DNA from: Raillietiella orientalis
Taxonomy: Eukaryota
DNA: 64,000 nucleotides
Direction: 5' to 3'
NCBI GenBank assembly: GCA_036172245.1
Contig: JAYWIR010000008.1
Location: forward strand, 2,976,001-3,040,000
Below are positions 50,400 through 62,979 of this stretch, piece by piece. Position 1 is the first letter of the stretch. Each line of letters opens with the position of its first letter. A program made the position numbers and the translations under genes. The notes below the pieces were generated by a model. The model had not been told where the DNA came from and ran no database searches. It worked only from the letters and a program-made list of their open reading frames with translations.

Positions 50400-53000
50400 G
50401 AGGTGCTTTTCGTGCACTCCTCCATCCCCCTGTTGGTACATAGTGCGGAGGTTTCTCGTGAACAGCCGCAGGACGAATGCTCGAAAAGGCGAGGCATCGG
50501 TGGAGAGAGGAGCGGTGCTCCCATGAACAACGGGCGGTTCAGTTCCGCACCTTCCTCGAAGGGCAAGGGAATGGAGAGCTGCGGACTTTCGCCCTCGGAG
50601 CCAAAGAGAACCGATGCAGCTGGTGGAGCTCCGGTTTTCCCGAAGAATACAAATGGAACACGCATGCGGGGATGCAGCCATTATGGAGCACGATGAGGAG
50701 GCGCTGCGCCAGCCTTCGAACAAAAAGATCACCCGAGCAGCGCGCGGAGCATTGTGGGAGATTCCTCCGGGAAGAAAGGCGATCCTGAGGGAAACTGTTG
50801 CAACTCCCTGAATGCCGACTGCGTCCGGACGCTCACCGTAAAAACTTCGATGGGCAAAATCAGAAAATCACCGTTCCCGTGAATCCAGAGGTTATGATCC
50901 TTCCTCCCTTCCCCTCCCCTTCCTAGCTGAAATTCGAAATGTAGCTTCCGCCACGGTTGCGGAAACTTTTCTTCGTCACCGCACCCCTCTCCGTTTTCAG
51001 AAAAACAAATCAGGAGGGAGCGGTGCCTTCTGTGTTGCAAGATCAGTTCGGCATCAGCACCAGTGTTTTCCTGCCACCAGAATGCGGGTCGGTTTCTCGC
51101 TCCCGAATGCACGAGAGATCAGGACCGAGGAGCGGGATGGACAGAACTGCACTTGCAGAGCCGTCTGAGAGGAACTCTGAGCTCGCCTCACGAGTTTCAG
51201 GAAGCAGACTTGAGGCTGCAGATCCTTCCGAGAGGAACGCGGCCTTCGAAGTCACGCCACTCCGAGCTTCCGGAGGAACCTCAAGGAAAGAACTAAGGAC
51301 GCAAGGAAAGAGCAGTGTCCTCTGAGACCGTAGGGGATTCAACAGTCCAGATGCATGCGATTCGAGGGGCGAAAACGCAGAGAACCCTTGCCAGAAGAAT
51401 GAACCACCGAAGATGTTGCCATCGGAGATGAGGAGAGTATGTCATCCAAAAGCGGGGAAAAAATGCCCCTCAAAGAATCTCGCAAGGAACAGCCCTTTTA
51501 TTCCGAGTTATGGAGTTCGGCAGCCAATGGTGGAAAACCAGGAGCAACAAGGTCTGAACCGCAGAGAGGAGGAGGAATCCGAGAACGGAGGGAAACGAAT
51601 CTTTTCTTGCTTTCGCAAGCGTCCAGATGCACCCATCTCAAGCTTCCCTTGGGAGAACTCTTCGAACTGCATGAACACTCAGCACTGCCGGAATTCTGGC
51701 GAGGTGGTTGCGTTCGCGTCAATATATTCCGGGCTGGAAGGCAACGTGCTCCACTGAAACCGTCCTTCTCCTAGTGAAACGGAGCGGATGCTGCTCAGAT
51801 CACCCTCAGCTTCGAAAGCTGCGCACCGCAAAGGCAGATCACGCCACGCACCAGCGTTTCTCCGCAAACCAGAGGGGAGAAACCCGTGTGTCTCCCGCTC
51901 CCGAGACAGCGTCTCACCGGGAGGAAGAGCGGCGACTGCTGCCTCAGCTGCATTTCCAGATCCCTGTTCCTGGAAGCGTGAGGGGTAAGCCACTCAAGAG
52001 CCTGCCGTTGCGTGGCACAACCTCTCCACAAACTCGACGCACCCGCTCAAAGCGGAGACCGCCTTCGATGCAGAGTCTACAAAAGTGAACTGGGGCGGAG
52101 GACTGCAAGTCGACTGTGGTACAGGATGCTGCTTCAGCGGGAAGCAGGATATGAGAGAAGGGAGCGTAGAAAGAAAAAAGGCAAAGGAAATTCTGGAGTG
52201 TTAACCGCCCCCAAAGAGGGTGACCTTCTTGTCTCCGTACAAGAATGGGGTTCACGCCCCAACGTGGCGCGCACTGAGGCAGCCTGTGCGCCCCTACCGA
52301 GAATGGTCCTGCTTTCAAGCAAGGAGGAAAAAAATTCGGTCCTCACGGAAAGCAGCTAGCCAGAAAGCGAAAGCGAGGAACATCCGAAAGAACTCGGGTG
52401 CGTTGCCTCAGAAAGGATCTCCAGAACGCCATCAGTTTCAGCAGCGAATGCCTCCTTCCGGTGCTTGGAGAGCAACCATTGAGCTTTCGAGTCGGCGGGA
52501 GTTCTCTGACGCTGTCCATAAAAGCGACCAGGAGCAGAAGCCACGTAGCATTCATCCCGAGTGGAGCTGATGCTGCAAGAAGTGGAAGTGATGCTATTGA
52601 GTATTGATCCGAAAGGGTCTCCTGCGACGAAGATGCGGCTCTCGTAGGCTTCCAAGGTTGGGTCCGCAGTGCGTCAGGTCGATGCGCAGAAGAAACTCCA
52701 TTGCGGATCTCAGCCGCTCCCCGAGAGCGTTCTTGCTTGCCAGCAGAGCCTCAAGAAACGAAAGGCTTTCCAGTGGCCTTGAAAGGAGGAGCTGTAGAGG
52801 ACACCTTGAAAGGTGTCCTCTCCGTTGTCAAATCCTATCGAAAATCCCTTTTGCTGCCCTTTTCTTTTGCTTTCCGCCACCACCTCCGGTTTTGTGGATG
52901 CACGTTCATCATGAGCAGTCATGGACTCTTCGTGGATGCTTCGGGCTTGGAAATGAGATCGAGTGCCGTGCAAAGAAATAGCGACCGAGGTGTTCGGCTC
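50400..53000 (+). mobile_element. Decayed L1/Tx1 RT relic
   Basis: NAAFEV (~51236), NSPFIPSYGVRQ (~51488-51523), VVAFASI (~51704, AYADD position), KSLPLRG (~51996, LSL.GR), in order. Confidence 0.45.
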
Positions 53001-53445
53001 GCCTCGACTCTTTCGACCGTTTCGCGGAGAACAAGTCAGGCAGAACGGTAAGGCTGACGGCTTCCTTGCCTTCGCGTTCTCGGGGACGGTTCGAGAGGAC
53101 CTGGGGAGCACCACCGCCCCAGAAGGTAGTTGCCGGCAGCCCACTTGAGGAAACGTTTTGGTTTCCCCATGCCCTCTGGTAGATGCACGAAAAATTTTGC
53201 TCTGCGCATTTTTTTATTTATTTTTTTATGAAGGAACTGAAGCCCCACGAGTAGTCTTTTCGAATCACTTGGACGAAGGAACCGATTGAGTTGCGGGATG
53301 ATGTCCACGGAGCACAAGCGATGCTGACCTGCAGCCAGTGCGAATGTCACCGAATCCCAAGTGACACCAAAGTAAGCTGAGCATTTAGGATTTCCTGGTT
53401 AACGTCATTTTTTCATAAAGGTGCTAAAGAGCCGCTCCGTCTCGG

Positions 53446-54149
53446 GGCTCGCAAAGCTCTTCCGCACTGTCCACGCCGCTCGAGGGTGCGTGCAACTCTT
53501 CCAGTTAGGAAGTAACCACGGAGAAGCTACTTTATTAGTCCAGGAAGGACTCCGAAGGAAAGAGTCCGTTCCTCTCACGCCTGGGAGGGAATCCCGAAGG
53601 AAACCTCTTCCTTGTTCTCTCCGGAGGGACACCCCGGTAAGTAAGGGCAGCTTCTCGTTTCTTCTTCGAAGGGAACGCGGAAAGGATCCACCCTTGAATT
53701 TATTCTCTGGAGGGACCCTGTGGAAAGGTACTGCTCCTTGTTTCCTCTTCCGAAGAGAACTTCGAAAGGGCGCTCCCCGAAGGGAGTAGCGCTCTCCTTC
53801 ACACTCTGGAGAGGCAACCCCCGAAGGGGAAGGGGTGGGTGGATGGTATCAACCATCTTTATGGAACGAGGGCAGGGAGGATCGGAGAGGAGCCTCGAAG
53901 GACTCGTTGAAGACCCCGGACGGAAGCACCCTGTTGGGTGAACTTCCAATTCCGGCAGCAGTTAACATCTGGTTTCCGGCTTCAACCGTTGCCGCACCCG
54001 AATAGCCCAACCTGCGTCATCCTGCAGAGAGTACTCGAAACCCACGACTCACTCCCCATTTCTCGGAGTCGATCCTTCACATGGGGATTCGAACCCGCGA
54101 CGCTCGGTGCTGCGCGCGCGGAGACCGCGGTCGCACGGCCGCCAACGCG
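53446..54149 (-). mobile_element. tRNA-derived SINE-like element, copy 2
   Basis: Direct-orientation paralogue of 48081-48776. Consensus B-box GGTTCGAATCC on the minus strand (54095-54085); degenerate A-box at 54141-54131. Confidence 0.75.
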
Positions 54150-55899
54150 GGTCATTTGTTCAAAGGTTCACGCCATTGTTCCTTTTGTTTCCCACTGTTT
54201 TTGGTACCCGAAAGACGGTTTCCGGATCTGGTTTCACGCAGCCCTGCATCCACCAAAACGCTTCAAACAGGCACGCACTTGAAGCAAGGAGTAAACTCTA
54301 ATCTCGGCACGAGGGAAGTCTGTCACACCTCACTGACTGGGTCGCTGCTGCAACGGATAACCCGGATTCCATCTGCAGCTCTCTTTCTCGAATCAGCTTG
54401 GGAGGAAAGTTGTAAACAATGCTATGGTGCATGTTGTGTCAAAGGAGCCCTGAGACGGCGGAGTTTCATTCTTCACCGGCAGAAGCAGGCAAGAGGCGAA
54501 GCAAAAGAGTCGAAAGATGGGTGGCTCCAGGGACGACCAACGCAACTTCGAGCGTCGTCGGACTTCAGCGCTGTCGAGGTCACGAAGAACACCGGAGGGA
54601 CCCTGCCCATCATGGCACCCAAACAAAGAGACGAGATAAGAGAAGAAGGCGAACTGAGGGATGGGACCGGAGGCTCAAACTCAAACGGAAGAAAAGTCAG
54701 CCCTAGCGGCACCCATTTTGAGCAACAACAACAAAATCCAAATACCGAATGACCGGCAATGTCTCTGCATGGGTTCCCTGGCGATGCACAACCTGGAGGT
54801 GAGGAGACGCGTGTTTACAGGATGCTCTAGGAGACGCACTGTGGAGTTGAAGACTCCAGTAAAACCTGCCTTAAGATCTGACCTCGAAACCGACAGTGCA
54901 AATGGCGTTTAAACGGAAGGTGCTGCACTGCTTCTGCACACCGAAGTGCATCTGCTATATCTCGCTAAGATTCGCGATCAGGATGACTCGAACCTCCTTC
55001 CCCGTCCTCCCTCTTCGGGGAGCAAACGCCAGAAACAGCCTCGAAATCGCACCAGGAAAACAGCAGCATCATGTCTTCAGCAGCTTGGAGGAGCCACTCT
55101 ACGATCGTGGTCCTGGAATTTCGTCACCGAACCTTCCTTCGCCCTCAAGGTAAAATCGGTTCTTTGTTCCCCCGTTTCGGGGCTTCGCTTTGGCTCCTTG
55201 TTCCGTCCATTAATTTCTTTCAATCTACTTTTCCTTTTTTTTCTCTCTCTCTCTCCTGGCCGCATCGTTCGGAGGCACCTGATCTTCAGATTCCCACCGG
55301 AAATTTCCTTCTCCTTCCCGATGCTCTGCTTCCGCTTCCTTTCCTTCAGAACGGCTGCTCTCCGTTCCTCCAAAAACAAGGCACACGTAGATGTTTATGG
55401 ATGCTTTCTCTAGCCCGTTCCGTGGCAGTGTCCAAACACATCATCAGCCCCGCGATTCGAAGGGAATTCTGGGACCGATACGCGACCTGACTGCTCCGCA
55501 GAAGAACGCTCAGAGCAGAGAGCTTCGCGAAAAGTTGGTGCCTTGACAGAAGATTTATATGTTTGGCACAGTGGCACAATGAAACAGCAGCTCCTAAGTA
55601 GGTTCTCATCAGCGCTAAGAGTGCGAACTTCAGCCAAAGCAGAATTTCCCTGCAAGGATAAACGCTTCATCAGAGTGGAAGGGTGAAAGCAAAGCAACAG
55701 ATCACTGAGGATAATTGTGAGTCACCAGAGCAATTTTCGAACTCGGGTTCATTGTGAAATCTTCCTGGAAGTCAAATCGAATCATTGCATGCGCAGGCGA
55801 TGATTGTGGGCGGATCGGTCCCGGGCGGAATGAAGGAGGAGGAGGAAGTCAGGTGGAAAAATAGCCCCTCCGCAGGAGAATCGAGACTTTTTTTTTTTT

Positions 55900-56800
55900 T
55901 TTTTCCGGCGGCACCGCGTTTTTGGAGGATTCTTCCGGCCCGTCCAAGGTTTTCCCGCCTCCGGACAGTACCGACCTGGTACTCGACGCCCTTGGATCTG
56001 TCGTCTGGAGTGAAGTCAGGAAGCCCTGCCTGACCCGACAGGCAACTAGCAGTTCCCCCGTAAAATGAACGGAGGGCACGGGCGACGAACCCGCGAAGAT
56101 GAAAAGGGAATGACAGAAGCGCGGGAAAGCTGAACTTTCCGCAGTAATGGGGCAGTTTCCAGATAAGAAGATCACGTGAAACAGATACGTTGAGCTGAAT
56201 GAAACCGGAATGCAGAAACATCCTCCGCCCCTCGTGATGGGAGTTGCCTTCTTCGGCTGAAAGAGCGTTCAGAGTCTAGCCGGGGACCCCTCCGGGACTG
56301 GCGTCAACTGTGAGCTATCTGTGGATTGCTTCAAATTGTGGAAAGTGGAGAATTCGGAGCCGAGGACACGACGCCTTTTGTGGGAGCTCGAAAATCAGCA
56401 AACTCGAAGACCGAACGACCAGCCAACCGTCTTTCTCACCGTCATCAAGAAATTTCACCTTTCCTCCCCTTCTCCAATGAAGAGGATCGATGCAACTCTT
56501 GGAAGTGGACAAAGTTCATCCGTGCAGCTGCACTCCCAGTGCGGGTGTTCACCGCGATGGTCCAGCAGCGCCGCCAAGGACTGCCTCCGCGTGACAACCA
56601 GAATTTTCGCTTCTTTGTCGACGGTCAGCATCGCGAGAATCGTGCTGGTAGGGCAGCCATTCCGCCTCATCAGCCGGGGAAACGCGGAAAGCACTGCCGC
56701 GGGATTAACGGCGCCGCGGACTTCATCTTGGAACATTCCACCTCTGCTTTCCTGCCTCTCCCAGAAGTCCCGTGCAGCGTGAGAATTCCATCTGCACTTG
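55900..56800 (-). mobile_element. Decayed L1/Tx1 RT relic
   Basis: Minus strand LAMLTVDKEAKIL..SLAALL (~56637-56565), FLDDGEKD..V (~56450), PITRGGGC (~56240), ALRSFYGG (~56075), VEYQVG (~55985). Confidence 0.5.
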
Positions 56801-57144
56801 TGCCCAGATACATCGTCCTGGGCATCTTGGCTTAGGGAAAGCTCGTCACGCCTGTTTGTAATCCGGAGTCACTTTTACGTTTACGCCGCTGTTTCGCCTC
56901 CTTCAGGGCCCGCTCTGAAAACTCTCCATGGAACCCATTCAGGACCGGCACTCCAGAAGACAAAAGGACGTGTCTGAGAAGCGAGGAGGGTAGACTGCTG
57001 GTGTCAGACTAAGAGAGGGGAGAGAATGTTTCTGCCTTCCTGGATTCGTTCTTGGGCTCATTGTGGCTTCCGCGGGGTTCGCTGTCAATCCTGACCGAAA
57101 TGTTTTCCAGTGACTCGTCGCGCGTTTTCAGCTGCTGAGGGATG

Positions 57145-57176
57145 ATTTCTTTTTTTTTTTTTTTTTTCCTCTCTCC

Positions 57177-57216
<40 letters not shown>
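57145..57216 (+). repeat. Poly-T followed by a (CT)n microsatellite
   Basis: Direct read. Confidence 0.9.
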
Positions 57217-57219
<3 letters not shown>

Positions 57220-58751
57220 GGAGGCTAGCGATTATCTGGGAGGAAAGCCAAATCTCTCGAAGAGCGTCGGAACACACGTCACGGACGACAGGCATCCCTG
57301 CGATCCGATCAGCAACTGCATTTTCTTCCGGTCGACAGAACGTTCGAGACGCACTGTGGCGGAGAGAGGAGGAGAGGGGGGGGGGGGTTGAGGACAGAAA
57401 AGGAGATGCACATCTTTCATAGGCTGGCGCTTTCCTTTACTCGACAGCACGACGACTCTCCTGTTCTTCTGGACTCCCACTATCGGTCCGCGGCGCGCAC
57501 GAACCGACCAGAAGGGAAGCTGCCCCTCAGGCCGAAAACGCGGCCAACTCGGGAGGAGGAAAAGAAAAAAGGGAAAAACGTCGAGGAACCTGGAAGACGG
57601 TGGCGCGAGAATTCCCAAAGAACCGTCTCTTCCTCCCGTTCGGTTCCCTTCCCATCTCTGCTCGGAAGGAGCGAGGGATCCCGGCAGAGGACCCGAGGCA
57701 ACAAGTTTCGACGAAAATTGTGTCGTACGCAGGTCCGACAAGTGCTCCAGCGTTTTTCCTTCTTTGTATTCATTCTGAAGCAGTTCGTTTCCTTTTCCAG
57801 AGAGACTCCTGAGAGGATCGTTCTGGCGGAACAGGGCCAAAGATGCGAGCAGAAACTCCTTTGATTACGAGCGAATGTTTCCGCACTTCGGAATGCATGC
57901 ACGGAATCATTAACTCCCTCCTCGTCTGAACTGGTTATGCGCCAGCCAGGAGAAAAAAGGAAAAAAAAAAAAAAAACCGAGAGAGAGGAGAAAAAAAAAA
58001 AAGGTAGTAAATCAGACTTAACCGGCACGTTGCTTGGCACCCTGGCAAGTCACTTTTTTTTTTCGGTGTCTTTTTAGCTCTGAATTCTCAGATGAAATGT
58101 TCACGCACGATTAAATTTATGTCTCGTTTGATGTACGCGTGCATTCGCTGTGTATCTGTGGAGAACAGTCGCTTTATTTATGGCCGAGGAAGGCACGGAC
58201 GAAAATCGGGCGTGATCGCGTGTTCTCTTCAGTGATTCCCCCTATCCCCCCCCCCCATGCATTCGGGTACGAAACCGAAGAGTGCAAACAGAAGAAACGA
58301 AATTTGCAAAAAAAAAAAAAAAAAAAAAAAAATAGGGAGATAGGAAGAGGCTTTTCCTTAGCTCCCGAAACAGACGTCCCGCTCGCCTTTGTTTTCTTCT
58401 TCTTCTTCTTCCGTTGATGCTGCTGCTGCTGCTGCTGCTGTTTGCTGGGAGTCTGGAATTTCGAACCTGCTCGCCTTAGGCCGACCGCCTCTACCATCGT
58501 CCGTCAGGATGCACGGATGGATGATGCCCTGTGCACACACATCTCATCAATCAGGGGATGGGACGGATGCGCAAGAAGGAGCAAGGAGTTGCATCCAGCC
58601 AGCTCCCGAGATGTCAAGAGTCCGTGCGAGTAAACGAACAGGCGCGCCGTTGCCGACGCACACGGCAGGAAGCACTGCTCGCGAGCAGAGATAGATCGTG
58701 GGCTGAGGCCGCGGGCGGAGGCGATGCTGGACGGCCGCCGACAGCCGCCAC

Positions 58752-58986
58752 CATGGAAGGAGGACTGCAGGCACACGCATTCACCCGCATCCCGGAAGAG
58801 CTGCAGCTTCACTGGGACGCAAATCTACCTCTCGGACGTCCTGGAAGCCTTTCTCGTGGCTGACGGCTCGCTGAATGCTGAGGAGGGACCCGCACGCTCC
58901 GAGCAGGAAGAGGCTGCGCGAGCCTCTCAGACTGTCAAGGTCGTCGTCCGGGGCGAACCGTTTGCTCATTCCCAGATCCGGTGATC
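58752..58986 (+). repeat. Left arm of a perfect 235 bp inverted repeat
   Basis: Base-by-base comparison shows it is the exact reverse complement of 59860-60094. Confidence 0.95.
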
Positions 58987-59859
58987 CTCCAGTCCTCGAC
59001 CTAAGGGATGAGAGGTCAGCTGGCCAGTCGGCACCAAAAATCGCAAGAAACCACGCGACTCCTGACCCCGACGTTGCGACGGAGCTGCTTGGCTGTTGTC
59101 TCTCCTTGCCTATCTGTCTGCAGCCACTTTTGCTTTCATCAACAGAAGCCCCCACGAGCAGAACCGCGCACTGAATTTCTTGCGGGTCCTCCCTCCCTTT
59201 CTGTGCTCGGATGCCCGCATCTCGAGCAAATCTCTCCGAAGCAGAGCAGTAATTTATCACAGCGCTCACTGTGAAGGATAAAAAAAAAAAAAAAATACAA
59301 GTAATTATTGTGATTAGGTTTTATTTAGTGGCATTCGCATTGCTTTCCGATTACTCTTCATCACCTGCTTGCTCGTGGGTCATGAAAACACTTGTTGCGT
59401 GCTCGAGGCGCGTGGCGCACGTCGAAAACAAGGCGATGGCAGCAACAGTCGCTCTCTGCTGCCCTGCTCTCTTATCTTCCTATACCGTGGAGTCGGTCGC
59501 TTCGCAACCTGGAGCTGCTTGTCCATAGATGCTCCAAGGTGGAGCACACCATCTTGCGAGGCGTCCTAAAGCCGAAGTCCTGGGTCGACTTTCGGTATTC
59601 CCTGGCTCGAGCGGCCAGCTCTCATCTTCCAGCACTCTCGCGTCAAAAACAAAAACACAGCGGAAACGCATTCTGGAAGAATCCTCATAAAGAACCACCG
59701 GATTACGGCCTACCACAACAGGACTGTTGCCAATCCATAGACGCAGGTGGGAACGTCTCGTTCGGCGGGCGGGATTGCCCGGCTAGGGAGATTCTACATC
59801 GCGTTTCGAAAAAGCTCCCTGATGGTTCCTTTCGAATCGTCAGATCAGGTCATCTGGAT

Positions 59860-60094
59860 GATCACCGGATCTGGGAATGAGCAAACGGTTCGCCCCGGAC
59901 GACGACCTTGACAGTCTGAGAGGCTCGCGCAGCCTCTTCCTGCTCGGAGCGTGCGGGTCCCTCCTCAGCATTCAGCGAGCCGTCAGCCACGAGAAAGGCT
60001 TCCAGGACGTCCGAGAGGTAGATTTGCGTCCCAGTGAAGCTGCAGCTCTTCCGGGATGCGGGTGAATGCGTGTGCCTGCAGTCCTCCTTCCATG
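59860..60094 (-). repeat. Right arm of a perfect 235 bp inverted repeat
   Basis: Exact reverse complement of 58752-58986; spacer 873 bp. Confidence 0.95.
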
Positions 60095-61233
60095 ATAGAG
60101 GCTTTCGGCACCCGTCCAGCGCTGCCTGCACCTTCCCAGAGAACTGATCCGAAGACGGAAGGTAGACCTCGCGGAAGTCCACTCGAAGACGCGCATCGGA
60201 GGCGAGGTGTGTCGAAGTCGCGTCCCGCGATCCTGTCGGTGAGCAAACCGGCAGATCGATCCGGGGAAGTGAGGCGGGAGTCAAGAGACGCCCCTCCCTT
60301 ACGCGCCTTCGTGTGTTCCCAAGCTCTTTCCCACCAACCTGCGTGTTGAGGGGAGGCACCGCGCGCAGGAGCTGCCCGTTCCCGATTCAACTGCGCGGTG
60401 GTGCACCTGTGAGGGGAGTCCTCTCGCCCCGAGACCTCCTATTTCGCTCCGCACACCACTCAACGAAGAATCCACGGCTCCGCCGCGCTGGAATGCGAGG
60501 TCCGTGGACCGCGCGCGTACTTTAAACGTCTGCCGGTCCACCATGACCCTCCCGATAAAGGAAAGAAAGACGAAAGCGTGCTCCCGAAGGTTCTGTCTGC
60601 CGCTCCAGGATTCTTCCCGAATGCCCGAGTGCTCTTCATTTTCAGCATCGCAGGGAATTTTTTTTTTTTTTTGTCGAGCTGCTTCAACGTTGTGATTTAT
60701 GGCGGCGAAGAATAAACCGCATGGCGAATTCCGCTGCTTCCGACTTTTGGAGAATTTCTGGAATCCTCCACTGGAGCCGGTCCTTCCCGCCTGAACCTGG
60801 GCAAGGAGGCCTTTTTTGCGAGGATGTCCTCGGAATCCACGCCACGCGCGTCTGGACGGGCGCTCCGCCGTTGCGACGAGGGCGCGCTCGGGTATACGTG
60901 GAAGGAATACATGGGAGCAGGGGACGTCGTGGTCCCTCCAGGTTGAGGAGGTCGTAATCTCGCGTTTGCGAGCTCGGAGCTAATCAGCACGTGGCGAGTT
61001 TTTCGGCGCGGACGGGGCGATCCAATCGCGATCGTGCTTTCTGGTCCGGGTCCTCCGAAAACGGGAAGGATGATGCCCCAGAGATCAGCCGCAACCAGAA
61101 GGAGGAAACTGCTGTGCAGAGATGATGCTCTGCGCATCAAACGGAAGGGGGGGGGGGGGAGGAGAAGAAATTGAAGATTTTCGCCATCCGACTGCTCTCC
61201 ACTTGCAGTTTGGTTTACGGTCTCCATTTTTCT

Positions 61234-61286
61234 TGTATGTGTGTGTGCGTGTGCGTGCTTGCGCGCGCGCGCGCGCGCGCGCGTGT
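61234..61286. repeat. Alternating purine-pyrimidine tract including (GC)11
   Basis: tgtatgtgtgtgtgcgtgtgcgtgc followed by (GC)11 at 61261-61282. Confidence 0.9.
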
Positions 61287-62979
61287 TTCTGCGCCCTCTG
61301 CCGGCTTTGATAACTCCGATTCGCGGACGCGGATCAGAGTCGAGCGCCTCGCTCTCCGAGTCCTTTGGAGAAGGAGAAAAATCCAAACAGTCCTCAGGTG
61401 CATACGAATGGCTTCTTCAGGAGAGCTGGAAAGAGAATGGAGCCTCTGAAGCCATTTATCTCGCAATCCACCTGCTCTGACGTTTCGGTCCTTTGCAGAT
61501 GTTTGGGTGCGGCGGCGCTCAGCCGCGATCGCTACCTGCGAGCACCACCGCTTCCTTGCTGTGCTGCCTTGCTCACCATACTCCCTGAGCTCCGAATGGG
61601 GACGCAGGGAGCCTTTCTCACCCCGCCCCATATCTTCTTGCGTGTTCACCGCGCCGGGAAGCGGATCCGGCCGCGTACGCGTTTCGGAACGTCCTGCAAT
61701 CTCCCCATTGATCTCCGGAGTATGGGCCTTCGCGCTCTCTCTCTCTCCCTCTCTTTCTCTTTCTCTTTCCTCATTTCGCAGGGTCACTGTGGTTGCTTTT
61801 TTCTTCTTCTTCATCTTCTGCCGCCATCACTGCCTCCGCGACTGCGACTGCGTTTGTTTTGATTAGTGCGGCTGCCGTGCTGTCAGTTTCATTGCCTACT
61901 CACGCGTACACTCCCCGTGCACTCCCTGTTGGTCCCACACGAATAAATGGCAGCGAGTGACAAAGGAGAGTTCCCTGCTCGGGAGATGGCACCTTCCGGG
62001 AACGAGGAAACGGGGATTCCATTTTTAGATCCACATCAACTCCTTGCACAGCCGATAAGAGATCTAAGAGTTGAGGAGGACGCGCGCGCACACATGGGGG
62101 GGGGGGGGGGAGTATCTGGATTTTCCTCTTCAGTCTTTTCTTCCTCCCCATCCGGGAGTGCGAGCTTCGCTGGCGCTCCCGAGCGAAAACAGCTCTCCAT
62201 CCTGTTCCTGGTTCGCGCCAGAAGCGCCCGACGGTGCCAGCGGGCGGGGAGGGACGCGGACGAATTTTCAGCGAGTTTGTCCCTGTTGCCGCCGCCACCA
62301 CCGCTGGAGGAAAAGGTCCAGGAAGGTGAACTCGTGTATCTGGATTCCGTATCGCGCGGGAACGGTGGCGGAGCAGCGAGCGTGCGAACTTCTCCATCCT
62401 CTCTGGAGACCTGGGAAAAAAAAAAAAAAAAAAAAAACCTCCCGGTGCGTTCGTTCCTCTCGAAAAACTCCCGACACTTGTTAGGCGCGGAGCAGTAGCA
62501 GCCTCAGCATCCTGTGGGCGCCGCCGAGAAGGGATTCGAGCACGGGGGAGATTGGGTTCAGAGGAAACGTGTTGCAGCAGCGAGGATGAAAAGCGAACAG
62601 ATGGTGCGGTCTTGTTCAAGGGTTGATGAATCGGAAAGAATGCTTGATAAGTGGAAGATTGATCAGCGGAAGATCCGAAACTGCGATGCTTTGGGAAGCT
62701 GTCCCGAAAGATAAGGAAGTGAAAAGAACAGGATTTAAAGCGATGAGGAGCAGCAACCCTAAACAGGGATCACGAAGAGCAGAGCACGAATTCTACGCCC
62801 GTCGATCGAAGCCGTCGCTTCCTCATCTTGATGGCCACGGATGGGTCTTGGATTGGAGATGGTTGCGGAGCAGCTCACTGAACTCAGAGATCAGGCCGAG
62901 TTCTGGATGCTCCGAATCAGGTGCAGGTCGCACCAAGGAGATGAATAGCCACGCAGAGTTCCCACGACGATGGCATCGT

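Noticed and set aside
54080..54150. tRNA gene on the minus strand (also 48705-48777)
   Set aside because: A and B boxes are present, but I could not fold a proper acceptor or anticodon stem, and both continue into a shared 600 bp body. Interpreted as SINE heads.
58752..60094. MITE or DNA transposon with 235 bp terminal inverted repeats
   Set aside because: No target-site duplication, no transposase trace, and diverged homology continues beyond the perfect arms, which argues against element termini.
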